A DNA stretch of 64,000 nt from positions 6,095 through 70,094 of the forward strand of contig CAZJNH010000006.1 of NCBI GenBank assembly GCA_964547425.1, given 5' to 3'. This stretch comes from an uncultured Candidatus Saccharibacteria bacterium. Lineage in GTDB: Bacteria > Patescibacteriota > Saccharimonadia > UBA4664 > CAZJNH01. The notes under the pieces were generated by a model. That model worked only from the letters and a program-made list of their open reading frames with translations. It was not told the origin of the DNA and did no database searches. This document shows positions 9,043 through 19,379 of the stretch, in pieces. The translations under genes and the position numbers were made by a program. Every line of letters starts with the position of its first letter. Within the stretch, counting starts at the first letter, position 1.

Positions 9043-9375
9043 CTATTCGAGGTCGAAGGCGAGGAGACCTTGGGTGGCGATTTTTTCTTTGTAGCCTGGA
9101 AAACTGTAGTAGATTGCTTCAGCTTCTTTGAGGGTTTTGGTGCCGGGCATGATAGTTTCTTGCGGGATCGTATCGAGCAGGGATTTGATGTCGGAAAAGT
9201 GCTGGACGGACTTTACGGTCTTCATCGCCGAATCTTTGCCACAAACGACGGTGATTTTGTCACCGGCCTTGACTACCTGGAACTTAGAGGTTGCGGCGCG
9301 AGTTTCCACGCTTTTTGTGCCATTGACGACACTATCAAACTTATCTCGATCGACTTCGCGGAACCGGAGGATCAT
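9043..9375 (-). CDS. ASCH/PUA-like domain protein
   Basis: F..V..GTKSVETR, GDKI motif; directly after secY. Confidence 0.7.
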   Translation of the reverse strand: MILRFREVDRDKFDSVVNGTKSVETRAATSKFQVVKAGDKITVVCGKDSAMKTVKSVQHFSDIKSLLDTIPQETIMPGTKTLKEAEAIYYSFPGYKEKIATQGLLAFDLE

Positions 9376-10689
9376 CTAGTACTTTTCGTAGGAGGTCATG
9401 ACGGCTTGGGACTGGATTTGGTTCATTGTTTCGATGGCGACCGAGACGACAATCAACAGACCGGTACCGCCGATGGTCAGTAGTGTGCGGTTGGTAAGTC
9501 TTTGCGCTATGAATGGTAAGAGCGCGATCACACCAAGTCCGGCAGCTCCGGCGAGGGTAATGCGGTTAACGACGCGGCGCAGATAGCTGGCGGTTTCTTT
9601 GCCAGGACGAACGCCGGGGATGAAACCACCTTGTTTTTGGAGGTTTTCGGCGATATCGTCAGGGTTAAATACGACCGAAGTATAAAAATACGTGAAGATC
9701 ACGACCAACGCGAAGTAGCTAACCGCGTAGACCATGCTGGTCGGTGAGAATAACGTACTGGCGCGCTGGGCGATCGAAGCAATGTGTGCGCTGTGGGCCT
9801 TGGCAAACAGCTGTCCCAAAAAGCCTGGAACAGATAGAAACGCAAGGGCAAAGATGATAGGAATAACACCCGCGAGGATGACTTTTAGCGGCAAATGAGT
9901 TTCGACTCCGCCATAGACGCGGCTGCCTCTGACCCTGCGCGCGTAGGAGACCGGGACATTCCGCTGGCCTTCGTTAAGTAACACCACGAAGGCGATAACT
10001 ACCACAGTCGCGACCGCGAATAAGATCAACTGCAGCGACGTGCCGCTATCGGTCTTCGCTAACTGAATGAACTGGCCAAACTGGGACGGTAAACGCGAAA
10101 CGATTCCGGCAAAAATAAGCAGCGAAATACCGTTGCCGATACCTTGCTCGGTAATAATTTCACCAATCCACATTAGCAGTAAGCTCCCGCCGGTGATCGC
10201 CGAGATCATAACCACCCATTGGAATAGATCCGGATGGCCGATGAGGTCAATTTGGAGCTGGCTTTTACTGGCCTGCTGAATCAGAAAAACCATACCGAAC
10301 GACTGCAAGATAGCCAGAGGTACGGTTAAAAGCCGGGTGTATTGGTTAATCTTCTGCCGCCCGGCTTCCCCTTCCTTACTCAAGGCTTCCATCTGAGGGA
10401 TCACCTGCTGCATCAGCTGCATAATAATTGAGGCGTTAATGTACGGCGCCACACCCATCATGACGATCGAGAAGCTGGTTAAAGCTCCCCCAGAAAATAA
10501 ATCGGCAAAGCCAAGCAGCTGGTTCGAGGAAAACAGTCGTTGCAGGAAGTTGGCTAAAGCCGCGTTGTCAGGAACCGGCACCGGCACGTGGGCCAGCAAT
10601 CGGAATAAAATCAACAAGGCGCCGACGATTAACAGGCGCTTTCGGAGCATCTTGGACCGCAGGATCTGTTTGATGCTGGCTAAATTCAT
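9376..10689 (-). CDS. secY: Preprotein translocase SecY
   Basis: PYINASIIMQL, GIGNGISLLIF, GGFIPGVRPG. Confidence 0.97.
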   Translation of the reverse strand: MNLASIKQILRSKMLRKRLLIVGALLILFRLLAHVPVPVPDNAALANFLQRLFSSNQLLGFADLFSGGALTSFSIVMMGVAPYINASIIMQLMQQVIPQMEALSKEGEAGRQKINQYTRLLTVPLAILQSFGMVFLIQQASKSQLQIDLIGHPDLFQWVVMISAITGGSLLLMWIGEIITEQGIGNGISLLIFAGIVSRLPSQFGQFIQLAKTDSGTSLQLILFAVATVVVIAFVVLLNEGQRNVPVSYARRVRGSRVYGGVETHLPLKVILAGVIPIIFALAFLSVPGFLGQLFAKAHSAHIASIAQRASTLFSPTSMVYAVSYFALVVIFTYFYTSVVFNPDDIAENLQKQGGFIPGVRPGKETASYLRRVVNRITLAGAAGLGVIALLPFIAQRLTNRTLLTIGGTGLLIVVSVAIETMNQIQSQAVMTSYEKY

Positions 10690-10697
10690 TGGCTCGC

Positions 10698-11135
10698 TTA
10701 CTTAATTAACTCTACTTTACCACCAGCTTTTTCGATTTTGGCTTTGGCGCTGGCGGAAATTGCGTTGAGTTTGACGGTAACGGCCTTTTTGATCTCGCCG
10801 TCGCCTAGTAGCTTGACTGGCTTGTCTTCATCGGGCACGTAGCCAGCTGCGGCTAAGACCTTGGCATCAACACTGGCTTTGCCCAGTTTCTCGAGAATAG
10901 TAAGGTTTACGACCTGGAATTTGACCTGCAGATGCGGTTTAAATCCGCGTTTTTTAGGCAGCCGGCGATACAGTGGATTCTGTCCTCCTTCAAATCCAGG
11001 GCGAACTCCTCCGCCAGTGCGGGCGTTTTGGCCTTTGGTACCACGTCCGGCGGTTTTCCCTTTACCGGAACCGATTCCGCGGCCAACGCGTTTGCCAGGT
11101 GATCTTGCTGTAACTTTTAACTCGTGGACTTTCAT
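10698..11135 (-). CDS. rplO: 50S ribosomal protein uL15
   Basis: [23 protein letters not shown]. Confidence 0.97.
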   Translation of the reverse strand: MKVHELKVTARSPGKRVGRGIGSGKGKTAGRGTKGQNARTGGGVRPGFEGGQNPLYRRLPKKRGFKPHLQVKFQVVNLTILEKLGKASVDAKVLAAAGYVPDEDKPVKLLGDGEIKKAVTVKLNAISASAKAKIEKAGGKVELIK

Positions 11136-11743
11136 TTCGTTGCCTTCTTCGTTGCAGTTTGCTTAGTAGCTGGTTTCTTCTTCGGAGCAGCTTTTTTAAC
11201 CGCTTTTGGCTTGGTTTCTGTCTTGTCTTCTACTATTTCAGCCGGTACTTCCTCGACTGTCTTTTCAGCCTTCGGTTTGCCACCCGGCATCGGACCCAGC
11301 TGTTTTAGGCTCGTTAGGGCCTCAAAGGTCGCATATGCAGTGTTAACTTTGTTGCTTGAACCGAGCGATTTGGTCAGCAGGTCGCGAATTCCGGCAGCCT
11401 CGACAACGTTACGGACCGCGCCGCCGGCTATTACCCCTGTTCCGGGAGAAGCTGGCTTCAAAAGCACCACAGCACCGGAGAAGGTGACTTGGATTTCGTG
11501 CGGAATCGTCCCTTCGTGAAGTTCAATCTTTACCATACTGCGCTTGGCGCGAGTGGTAGCTTTGGCGATCGAGGTCATTACCTCGCCGCCCTTACCGACT
11601 CCCACGCCGACCTTACCGGCACCGTCACCAACTACGACTGTAGTACGGAAACGGAAACGGCGGCCGCCTTTAACCACCCGAGAGACGCGGTCAATCGAGA
11701 TAACTTTTTCTTCAAATAGTGACGGTTCACGTACAGGAGGCAT
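11132..11743 (-). CDS. rpsE: 30S ribosomal protein uS5 with Lys-rich tail
   Basis: [21 protein letters not shown]. Confidence 0.97.
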   Translation of the reverse strand: MPPVREPSLFEEKVISIDRVSRVVKGGRRFRFRTTVVVGDGAGKVGVGVGKGGEVMTSIAKATTRAKRSMVKIELHEGTIPHEIQVTFSGAVVLLKPASPGTGVIAGGAVRNVVEAAGIRDLLTKSLGSSNKVNTAYATFEALTSLKQLGPMPGGKPKAEKTVEEVPAEIVEDKTETKPKAVKKAAPKKKPATKQTATKKATK

Positions 11744-12108
11744 TAGAACTCCAATCCATTCTTACGGGCCGCTTGGGCCAGCGCGTCGAGCCGGGCGTGG
11801 TATTTTTTGCCGCCGCGGTCGAACACAACTTGCTTAATCTTACCCTTCGAGGCGACTTTGGCAATCTCAGCTCCGGCCCATTCGGCTTTAGCCTTCAAGC
11901 TACCTGGGGTTTTAGTGTTTACAGTCGACACAAACCCCAAGGTTTTGCCCTCGGCATCATCAATCAGCTGCGCAACCACGTTTTTGTTACTAACGTGTAC
12001 AGACAAACGAGGACGCTCGGCCGTTCCAGTGAACCGACTGCGGGTGCGAATGACCCGACGCTTGGTTTGATTCAGCTTTAACTTCTGTTCTTTTAGCATA
12101 TTAAGCAC
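11743..12108 (-). CDS. rplR: 50S ribosomal protein uL18
   Basis: RPRLSV..SNK, VVFDRGG.KYH. Confidence 0.95.
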   Translation of the reverse strand: MLNMLKEQKLKLNQTKRRVIRTRSRFTGTAERPRLSVHVSNKNVVAQLIDDAEGKTLGFVSTVNTKTPGSLKAKAEWAGAEIAKVASKGKIKQVVFDRGGKKYHARLDALAQAARKNGLEF

Positions 12109-12640
12109 CTTTCACCGCAGTCTTACCGGCCTTACGCCGTACCTGCTCACCGACAAAGCGGATACCTTTGCCTTTATAGGGTTCAGGTTTCCGGAATTTA
12201 CGGATGTCGGCAGCGGTTTGCCCAACCAGGTATTTGTTGGCTCCGGAGATAGTAATGATGTTTTTTTCGACCTTTGCGTCAATGCCTTCCGGAAGCGGAA
12301 ATTCGATCGGGTGGGAAAAGCCAAGCTGCAAGGTTAAGTTATTCGGCGCAGCCGCGGCCCTGTAACCAACACCATGGATCTCCAGACTTTTAGAAAAACC
12401 TTCGCTGACGCCTTTTACCATATTGGCGATCAAGGTTCTGACCAACCCATAGCGGCTGACGCCTTCCGGACCTCTGCCTTGCTCAACGATTACCGTCTCG
12501 CCCTCTTGCTTAATCTTTACTCCCGAAGGAATCTTCATCTCAAGCGAGCCTAAACTGCCGTTAACCTTAACGATCGACGGGCTAAGCTCAACGGTGACGC
12601 CGGCGGGAACGGTAATCGGTTGTCGGCCAATTCTACTCAT
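12101..12640 (-). CDS. rplF: 50S ribosomal protein uL6
   Basis: MSRIGRQP, PEPYKGKGI. Confidence 0.97.
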   Translation of the reverse strand: MSRIGRQPITVPAGVTVELSPSIVKVNGSLGSLEMKIPSGVKIKQEGETVIVEQGRGPEGVSRYGLVRTLIANMVKGVSEGFSKSLEIHGVGYRAAAAPNNLTLQLGFSHPIEFPLPEGIDAKVEKNIITISGANKYLVGQTAADIRKFRKPEPYKGKGIRFVGEQVRRKAGKTAVKGA

Positions 12641-12641
12641 C

Positions 12642-13031
12642 TTATTGCACCTTACAGATTAATTCGCCGCCGAGGCCTTTTTGCTTGGCTTCGTGGCCGC
12701 TCATTACGCCGTTTGAAGTCGAAACAATCACCAGTCCTCGGCCGTTTAGCGGACGGGGGATCTGGCCGGCTTTGGCGTAGAGCCGGCGGCCGGGGCGCGA
12801 CAACCGTGCCAACTCTTTAACCTTCGGCTGACCGTCCTGCTCGGCAAGGGTTAGTTTCAGGCTTTTAAACTTTTCACCGGTTTGTTCAATAGAGATAACG
12901 TAGCCGTTTTGCTTCAAGATGTCGGCGACAGAGGCTTTAAAGCGCGAGTAAGGTACCTCCACCTCGGTTCGGCCCAAGGCGGCGGCGTTGCGGATTCTAG
13001 TTAACATGTCGGAAATGGGGTCTGTAAACAT
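12642..13031 (-). CDS. rpsH: 30S ribosomal protein uS8
   Basis: DPISDMLTRIRN; start reassigned to MFTDP. Confidence 0.96.
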   Translation of the reverse strand: MFTDPISDMLTRIRNAAALGRTEVEVPYSRFKASVADILKQNGYVISIEQTGEKFKSLKLTLAEQDGQPKVKELARLSRPGRRLYAKAGQIPRPLNGRGLVIVSTSNGVMSGHEAKQKGLGGELICKVQ

Positions 13032-13039
13032 ATTCTTCC

Positions 13040-13225
13040 TTACCAACTACTCTTAGTTACACCGGGCACTTCGCCGCGGCTGGCGTGTTCGCGGAAGCAA
13101 ATCCGGCAAAGCCCGAATTTTCGGATATACCCGTGAGGGCGGCCGCAAAGGCGGCAGCGGTTATGGGCACGTGTCGTAAACTTGGGTTTGCGCTGGGCTC
13201 TAACGATTTGTGATGTTTTAGCCAT
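13040..13225 (-). CDS. rpsN: 30S ribosomal protein uS14 (zinc type)
   Basis: [15 protein letters not shown]. Confidence 0.96.
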   Translation of the reverse strand: MAKTSQIVRAQRKPKFTTRAHNRCRLCGRPHGYIRKFGLCRICFREHASRGEVPGVTKSSW

Positions 13226-13763
13226 TGTTGCTCCTAAATGGGAAGCCGAGGCCTTTTAACAGTTTCAAGGCTTCCTCGTCGGTTTTAGCGGTGGTAATGA
13301 TATTGACCTGCAGCCCAGCACTACCGCCTTCAGAGCTGGAGGCTTCGGGAAAGATCCCCAAATCGGAAACTCCCAGGCTGAACCCGCCTCGGCCGTCGAA
13401 GGCCTCGGGGTTAAGACCGCGAAAGTCGCGGATGCGGGGCAAAACCACGCTGACCAGCCGGTCGATAAACTCAAACGCTCGCTCGCCCCTTAGGGTGACC
13501 ATAGTGCCGATAGCTTGGCCATCGCGAATTTTAAATCCGGCAATACTCTTTTTGGCTTTAGTTGTAACCGGAGCTTGGCCGGCAATTTTGGCTAGTGACT
13601 CCTTAGCGGCATCGAGTAGCTTAGAATCCGAAGTCGCCAGGCCGACGCCGATATTGAGTACCACTTTGACGACCATTGGCACCTCATGCGCGTTTTTATA
13701 GCTGAACTCGCTAGTCAGCTCTTTTTTCACCGTATCGTTATATTTAGTTAGAAGCCTATTCAT
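13218..13763 (-). CDS. rplE: 50S ribosomal protein uL5
   Basis: LPRIRDFRG; ATGA overlap with rplX stop. Confidence 0.96.
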   Translation of the reverse strand: MNRLLTKYNDTVKKELTSEFSYKNAHEVPMVVKVVLNIGVGLATSDSKLLDAAKESLAKIAGQAPVTTKAKKSIAGFKIRDGQAIGTMVTLRGERAFEFIDRLVSVVLPRIRDFRGLNPEAFDGRGGFSLGVSDLGIFPEASSSEGGSAGLQVNIITTAKTDEEALKLLKGLGFPFRSNNG

Positions 13764-14068
13764 GAAATTACCTTCTGGCATTTGCGGCAAACCCGCTGTT
13801 TTTGTGTACCTTTGATAATGTAACCAATTCGGGTTGGCTTTTTGCAGTTCGGACATACTAGGGCCACCTTACCGGCGGCTAACGGTAACGCTTTTTCAAC
13901 GATGCCTCCGCGCGGGCTCGTTTGTGTCGGTTTGGTGTGGCGTTTAACTACTGAGATACCTTCGACTACCAATTGAGAGGTCCGAGGCAGGGTAGCCACA
14001 ACTTTGCCGGTTTTACCTTTGTCTTTACCGGTTAAAACGATCACGTTGTCCGCTTTTTTGAGTTTCAC
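13760..14068 (-). CDS. rplX: 50S ribosomal protein uL24
   Basis: GKDKGKTGKV, CPNC..CRKC. Confidence 0.95.
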   Translation of the reverse strand: MKLKKADNVIVLTGKDKGKTGKVVATLPRTSQLVVEGISVVKRHTKPTQTSPRGGIVEKALPLAAGKVALVCPNCKKPTRIGYIIKGTQKQRVCRKCQKVIS

Positions 14069-14436
14069 TAGAGAACCTCCGGAGCAAGTGAAATAATCTT
14101 GCCATAACCGCGGTCGCGCAACTCACGCGCCACCGGGCCGAACACCCGGGTACCGCGCGGCTGGCTGGCGGCGTCGATAATGACGGCGGCGTTGTCGTCA
14201 AATTTAATGGTTGATCCGTCCGGTCGCTGGTAAGGCTTTCGGGTGCGTACAATGACGGCCCGGACGACCTCTTTTTTCTTCACTCCGGCTCCGGGAGTCG
14301 CGGTCTTAACACTAGCAATCACAACATCGCCTAGCCCTGCGTAGCGGCGTTTTGAACCGCCGAGTACCTTAAAGCACTCGATTTCGCGGGCACCGGAGTT
14401 GTCGGCTACTCGAAGCCAGGTTTCAGCTTGAATCAT
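14068..14436 (-). CDS. rplN: 50S ribosomal protein uL14
   Basis: [19 protein letters not shown]. Confidence 0.97.
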   Translation of the reverse strand: MIQAETWLRVADNSGAREIECFKVLGGSKRRYAGLGDVVIASVKTATPGAGVKKKEVVRAVIVRTRKPYQRPDGSTIKFDDNAAVIIDAASQPRGTRVFGPVARELRDRGYGKIISLAPEVL

Positions 14437-14684
14437 ACCTGAGCCTCCTTAGCCGAAATCTTGCGGCTGACGGTCCAGCGCTTAGTGGCGCTCATTGGCC
14501 GGGTTTCGGTAATTTCAACGACGTCCCCAGTCTTGTACTCATCTTTTTCGTCGTGAGCCTTGAATTTAGAGGTCGCCTTGTACTTCTTCTGGTAGAGTGG
14601 ATGGGTTTTTTGGCGCACCACAGCCACCACCACAGTCTTTTGCATTTTGTCGGACACGATAGTCCCTTGCAGTCTCCTAGGCAC
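14433..14684 (-). CDS. rpsQ: 30S ribosomal protein uS17
   Basis: [24 protein letters not shown]. Confidence 0.96.
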   Translation of the reverse strand: MPRRLQGTIVSDKMQKTVVVAVVRQKTHPLYQKKYKATSKFKAHDEKDEYKTGDVVEITETRPMSATKRWTVSRKISAKEAQV

Positions 14685-14895
14685 TTTGGGCCTCCTTTTG
14701 GGTCTTGGCAGCCGTTTTCTGATTTTTGAACGTCAAAGCCCTTGCTAAGTCCTTTTTCAGGCTTTTAATTTGTTTGTCGTTGCTCGACTTGCGGCTAGAC
14801 AGGTCCAGGCGTGCTTGAGTTATCTTAGCCTGCAGTTCAGCGGCAAGTGTCGCCAGCTCGTTTGGGGTTTTAGTACTAATCTCTTTAGCCTTCAT
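14677..14895 (-). CDS. rpmC: 50S ribosomal protein uL29
   Basis: Position between rplP and rpsQ; [13 protein letters not shown]. Confidence 0.85.
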   Translation of the reverse strand: MKAKEISTKTPNELATLAAELQAKITQARLDLSSRKSSNDKQIKSLKKDLARALTFKNQKTAAKTQKEAQSA

Positions 14896-15316
14896 CTTTT
14901 TCTCCAGGGGTGTGGCGAACCACAAATTTAGTCTTAACCGATAGTTTGTGCGCGGCTAGGCGCATGGCTTCGCGAGCCACGTCTTCCTCCACGCCGTCCA
15001 TCTCAAATAGGATCCGGCCGGGGTGAACACGGGCGGTGTAATGCTCCAAACTACCCTTGCCGCCGCCCATTTTGACCTCATTTGGCTTTTTGGTGATAGG
15101 CGTGTGTGGGAATATGTTGATCCAGATTTTTCCACCACGTTTGACGTAGCGAGTCATCGCCCGGCGAGCAGCCTCGATTTGGCGAGAGCTGATGCGGTCG
15201 GCCTCCTCCGCCTTCAAACCGTAACGGCCGAAGCTAATCTCGTAGCCTCTCGGCGCCAAACCTTTGACGTTGCCTTTGAACTCCTTACGGTAGCGGGTTT
15301 TCTTTGGAATAAGCAT
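14885..15316 (-). CDS. rplP: 50S ribosomal protein uL16
   Basis: [16 protein letters not shown]. Confidence 0.97.
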   Translation of the reverse strand: MLIPKKTRYRKEFKGNVKGLAPRGYEISFGRYGLKAEEADRISSRQIEAARRAMTRYVKRGGKIWINIFPHTPITKKPNEVKMGGGKGSLEHYTARVHPGRILFEMDGVEEDVAREAMRLAAHKLSVKTKFVVRHTPGEKDEG

Positions 15317-15981
15317 TACAGAGCCTCCGCCGCCGGTTTAGTTTCGGCCTTTTCTTTGAATTTTTCACCTTTATAGATCCAAACCTTCACACCGATAATT
15401 CCGTAGGTGGTGCGGGCTAAGGCCTGGCCGAAGTCGATATCGGCTCGGATGGTGTGCAAAGGAATCGAGCCGGCAGCCGCGGTTTCGCGGCGAGCCAGTT
15501 CAGATCCGCCTAAACGGCCGCCAACCCGAACCTTGACGCCTTTAGCGCCGGCCTTCATTGAGTTCTCAACCGACATTCGGATGGCACGGCGGAAGGAAAT
15601 ACGGCGTTCTAGCTGAGAAGCGATGTTTTCGGCCACTAATAGGGCGGAAAGTTCCGGCTTGCGGACTTCTTCGACGCTAATCTTGATCGGTGACGAAGTG
15701 ACCTTGGTAACAACTTTTTTGAGTTCATCGGTTCCGGAACCGCCGCGGCCAATCACAATACCGGGTTTTGAGGTGTGGATAGTGATTTGAACCTGGTTAG
15801 GCGAGCGCTCGATGTCGATTCTGGCCGCACCGGCCCGTTTGCCTAACTTATCTTCGATCGCGCGGCGAATTTTGATGTCTTCTACCAGATAATCGGCGTA
15901 CTCTTTGCCGGCAAACCATTTACTTTTCCAGTCGTGGTCGAAGTTGAGGCGGAAACTCTTCGGATTTATCTTGTGACCCAC
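15316..15981 (-). CDS. rpsC: 30S ribosomal protein uS3
   Basis: [29 protein letters not shown]. Confidence 0.97.
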   Translation of the reverse strand: MGHKINPKSFRLNFDHDWKSKWFAGKEYADYLVEDIKIRRAIEDKLGKRAGAARIDIERSPNQVQITIHTSKPGIVIGRGGSGTDELKKVVTKVTSSPIKISVEEVRKPELSALLVAENIASQLERRISFRRAIRMSVENSMKAGAKGVKVRVGGRLGGSELARRETAAAGSIPLHTIRADIDFGQALARTTYGIIGVKVWIYKGEKFKEKAETKPAAEAL

Positions 15982-16424
15982 TACTTAGCCTCCTTCTTAG
16001 GCTTCGCCTTAGGCATCGGCTTCAAACTCGAAGAGCTAAGATCTAAGTCCGAAGTCGTTGCCTTAGAGTTTAGTTCTTGATTCTTAGGACTTACGTCATC
16101 CGTCAGGATGACGGTAATGTGGCTTGAGTACTTCAGTAAAGGATAAGCGGCGCCCCGGGCTTTGGGCCGAAAGCGCTTAAAGGTTGGGCCGGGTCCGACT
16201 AAAACCTTCTCAACGGTTAAATCAGCGGCTTTCAGGCCGTGGTTATTGGTCGCATTGGCGGCGGCTGAGTTGAGGGCTTTGGCGATAATCCCGGCGGCTC
16301 GCTGAGGGGTGAACTCGAGGATGGTTTTGGCCTGCTCAACGCTTTTACCCTGAACCAAAACGGCAACCGGGCTTACCTTGCGCGGCGAAATTCGTACGGC
16401 CTGGGCTTTTGCTAGGGCTTTCAT
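15981..16424 (-). CDS. rplV: 50S ribosomal protein uL22 with repeat-derived C-terminal extension
   Basis: [20 protein letters not shown]. Confidence 0.95.
   Translation of the reverse strand: MKALAKAQAVRISPRKVSPVAVLVQGKSVEQAKTILEFTPQRAAGIIAKALNSAAANATNNHGLKAADLTVEKVLVGPGPTFKRFRPKARGAAYPLLKYSSHITVILTDDVSPKNQELNSKATTSDLDLSSSSLKPMPKAKPKKEAK
16020..16094. repeat. Inverted heptamer-periodic repeat inside rplV
   Basis: Period-7 TAAG.. units facing period-7 CTTA.. units. Confidence 0.6.
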
Positions 16425-16741
16425 GATTTGTCTCCTGTTGGCGCACTGGGTACGCTAGGAGCTAAGGTAGCGGACTCCTTAGCCAACTTGCCGCCGTGGC
16501 TGCGGAACTTACGGGTAGGCGCAAACTCACCGAGCTTGTGTCCAACCATATTTTCCGTAACGTAAACCGGGATGTGGATTTTGCCGTTATGAACCGCGAT
16601 CGTAAAACCAACCATTTCAGGCGAAATAGTGGAGTGGCGGGCCCAAGTTTTAACCACAGTTTTGTCACCCACGGTTAAGGCGCCAATTTTCTTGGCCAGC
16701 TTTGGATCGACGTACGGTCCTTTTTTGAGTGAACGGCTCAT
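16421..16741 (-). CDS. rpsS: 30S ribosomal protein uS19
   Basis: [22 protein letters not shown]. Confidence 0.97.
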   Translation of the reverse strand: MSRSLKKGPYVDPKLAKKIGALTVGDKTVVKTWARHSTISPEMVGFTIAVHNGKIHIPVYVTENMVGHKLGEFAPTRKFRSHGGKLAKESATLAPSVPSAPTGDKS

Positions 16742-17578
16742 CTATCCTCTCCTCTTTTTACTGCGGGCGCGGACTATGTACTTAGAAGTCAGTTTGCGGC
16801 GGCGGGTTTTTAGTCCCAGCGCCGGCTTGCCCCAAGGGGTTTTCGGGTTCGAAAGGCCAATTGAGTTACCGCCTTCACCACCACCGTGAGGGTGATCGAC
16901 TGGGTTCATAGCCTTACCGCGAACCTGTGGGCGCTTACCCAGATGGCGTTTCCGGCCAGCGCCGCCATACTTTAAGTTCTGGTGGTATTCGCGGCCAACG
17001 GTACCGATCGTGGCCATGCATTCGGCTCTAACCAGTCGGGTTTCACCACTGGGGAGCCTGATCTGCGCAAAGTCGCCCTCTTTGGCCGCTAGCTGGGCCT
17101 TGGCGCCGGCTGAGCGGACCAATTGGCCGCCTTTACCCGGGGTCAGCTCGATATTATACACACTCATACCGGCCGGGATAGCCGAAAGTGGCAAACGGTT
17201 TCCTGCGCGGACCTCTGAACCCATGCCGCTTTTGACGGTCTGGCCGGCTTTCATACCCGATCCAGCGATAATGTAAGCCTTACCGCCGCCTTCAATATCT
17301 ACAAGCGCGATGTTGGCTGAGCGATTGGGGTCGTATTCGATGGCGACAATTTTGCCAACTAAGCCATCAGCCAAGCGGAAATCAACCAGGCGGGTATAGC
17401 GTTTAACGCCGCCGCCGCGATGGCGAACGGTGATTTTACCCTGGGCGTTACGGCCGGCAGTAGACTTTTTAGAAACAATCAAAGACTTTTCCGGACGCTT
17501 TTTGGTCAGCTCGGCGTTGTCGGACAATACTTGGTGGCGCCGTCCCGGGGTAGTTGGCTTGTAGAGTTTTAGCGCCAT
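16742..17578 (-). CDS. rplB: 50S ribosomal protein uL2
   Basis: [25 protein letters not shown]. Confidence 0.98.
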   Translation of the reverse strand: MALKLYKPTTPGRRHQVLSDNAELTKKRPEKSLIVSKKSTAGRNAQGKITVRHRGGGVKRYTRLVDFRLADGLVGKIVAIEYDPNRSANIALVDIEGGGKAYIIAGSGMKAGQTVKSGMGSEVRAGNRLPLSAIPAGMSVYNIELTPGKGGQLVRSAGAKAQLAAKEGDFAQIRLPSGETRLVRAECMATIGTVGREYHQNLKYGGAGRKRHLGKRPQVRGKAMNPVDHPHGGGEGGNSIGLSNPKTPWGKPALGLKTRRRKLTSKYIVRARSKKRRG

Positions 17579-17856
17579 TACTTCTTCTCCCCTTCTTCAA
17601 ACAGCGCAATACTTTGGCCTTTTTGCAGCTTCACATAGGCTTTTTTCTGGTCGGAGCGGCGGCCTTTGACCCGCTTAAAGGTCTTTTCTTTGCCGCGTTG
17701 GATCAACATATTGACCTCTTCGACCTTCACTTTAAAGGTGTCGGCAACGGCTTTGGCCACCTCGGGTTTTGTGGCGCTAGTGGGAACTTCAAAGACGTAC
17801 ACACCGCTAGAGGCTTGCTCTACGGCTTTTTCGCTGACCCTAGGCATTAACTTCAT
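17578..17856 (-). CDS. rplW: 50S ribosomal protein uL23
   Basis: SEKA, ATKPEV, KKAYVKL. Confidence 0.94.
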   Translation of the reverse strand: MKLMPRVSEKAVEQASSGVYVFEVPTSATKPEVAKAVADTFKVKVEEVNMLIQRGKEKTFKRVKGRRSDQKKAYVKLQKGQSIALFEEGEKK

Positions 17857-18488
17857 TGTTTAGCCCCTAACCAGGCGACGGTTTTGTCCAGCGCTACTTT
17901 GGTAAAGATTATCAAATCAGCATTCAAAATACTGCGGGCGTTTAAGTAGGTGGCGGAAACTGTGTCAACATCGGCCAAATTGCGGGTAGCCCGGTCAAGC
18001 AGGTCACTTTTTGTCTCGAGAACTAACAATGTTTTGCCGGCGCCAATTTTCGCTAGCAACTTGGCAATCGGCTGAGTCTTTCCGTCTTTACTATCCAGAT
18101 TCTCGATCACATGGACTCGACCTTCGTTGGCCTGGCCAGACAGCGCCTGGGCGGTCGCCAACCGCTTCATTTTGGTGGTCAATCTGATTGAGTGATTTTC
18201 CATTCCAGTAGGGCCGAAGGCAATGCCTCCGCCGCGCCAAACCGGATTACGTCGCGAACCCACCCGGGCTCGCCCGGTACCTTTTTGGCGCCACGGCTTT
18301 TTGCCGCCGCCGCGGACTTCGCCCCTGCGTAACGTCTTAGGTCCGGCTGTGCGGTCCTCGGCCTCGGAGGCCCGGTACGACAAGGATAGTAAATCGGCGT
18401 TGATTTCCAGACCGAAAACTTCCTTCGGCAGGTTCAGCTTGGCCTCTTTTTTGGCGCCAGTAGCGCTATAGGCAGTAGCTTTAGACAT
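17853..18488 (-). CDS. rplD: 50S ribosomal protein uL4
   Basis: KKPWRQKGTGRAR, WRGGG.AFGP. Confidence 0.97.
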   Translation of the reverse strand: MSKATAYSATGAKKEAKLNLPKEVFGLEINADLLSLSYRASEAEDRTAGPKTLRRGEVRGGGKKPWRQKGTGRARVGSRRNPVWRGGGIAFGPTGMENHSIRLTTKMKRLATAQALSGQANEGRVHVIENLDSKDGKTQPIAKLLAKIGAGKTLLVLETKSDLLDRATRNLADVDTVSATYLNARSILNADLIIFTKVALDKTVAWLGAKQ

Positions 18489-19089
18489 CTTCGCCTCGGA
18501 TAATCACATAACCTCGGTTTGGACCAGGAACCGCGCCTTTGATGGCCAATAAATTCTTATCAGTAACAACTTGCTCGATCTTTAATCCGCGGACGGTCGT
18601 TTGCTCGGCGCCCATGTGACCGGCCATTTTCTGGCCTTTGACGACGCGCATCGGGAAGATCGAGCCGATTGAACCTGGTTTGCGGTAGTTTTTGGAGCCA
18701 TGGGTCTTTGGACCGCGAGCGAAGTTGTGGCGTTTAATCGTACCCGCGAAACCCTTACCTTTACTAACTCCGGTAATTTTAACCTTGTCGCCCGCCTCAA
18801 ATACGTCGCTTCCAACTTGGGATCCTACTTCAAGTTCATTGTCTTGAATTCGAATCTCACGCAAAAAGCTTGGGGTAGCATTGGCGGCTTTCAGGTGGCC
18901 CATCTGAGGCCGATTGTTTTTCTTGGCAGCACCAAAGCCCAGCTGAACAGCACTATAACCATCAGCGTCCTCGGTTTTGACCTGCGTAACTACACAAGGA
19001 CCAGCTTCGACTAAAGTCACCGGCACGGAGTTGCCGTCGGTGTCGAAGATCTTGGTCATTCCCAGTTTTCGTCCCAGTAAAGCCTTCAA
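18481..19089 (-). CDS. rplC: 50S ribosomal protein uL3
   Basis: GRKLGMT, SKGKGFAG.IKRH; TTG start. Confidence 0.97.
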   Translation of the reverse strand: MKALLGRKLGMTKIFDTDGNSVPVTLVEAGPCVVTQVKTEDADGYSAVQLGFGAAKKNNRPQMGHLKAANATPSFLREIRIQDNELEVGSQVGSDVFEAGDKVKITGVSKGKGFAGTIKRHNFARGPKTHGSKNYRKPGSIGSIFPMRVVKGQKMAGHMGAEQTTVRGLKIEQVVTDKNLLAIKGAVPGPNRGYVIIRGEDV

Positions 19090-19104
19090 GTAATATCCCT
19101 TTTA

Positions 19105-19180
19105 CCCCTCGACTACGCTCAGGGCTCTTCGAGCAAAATTAAAGCTGGTGAACCGCGGTTTCCTTCGACTTTGCTCAGGA
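19105..19180. repeat. Two 20-bp REP-like palindromic units in the rplC leader
   Basis: CCCCTCGACTACGCTCAGGG (19105-19124) and TCCTTCGACTTTGCTCAGGA (19161-19180). Confidence 0.7.
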
Positions 19181-19217
19181 CCTGCTGGCTCGCCAGTGGG
19201 TTAATAGGTACCGAAGG

Positions 19218-19246
19218 ATCATAGCAATCAGTCGCCCACCTGTCAA
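19218..19246 (-). promoter_or_regulatory. rplC operon promoter
   Basis: TTGACA-17-TATGAT. Confidence 0.75.
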
Positions 19247-19282
19247 CAGATTGAACCTGGAAATTCCCTCCTGGTAATACCC

Positions 19283-19311
19283 TTGACAGTTTATGCCTCT
19301 TATGCTAATAT
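19283..19311 (+). promoter_or_regulatory. Promoter of lipoprotein cassette
   Basis: TTGACA-17-TAATAT with extended TG. Confidence 0.65.
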
Positions 19312-19379
19312 ATTGACCACTTTGAGGGTAATTAACTTATCCGAAAAGTACCTTTACTCAACACTACGAAAGGAGACAC

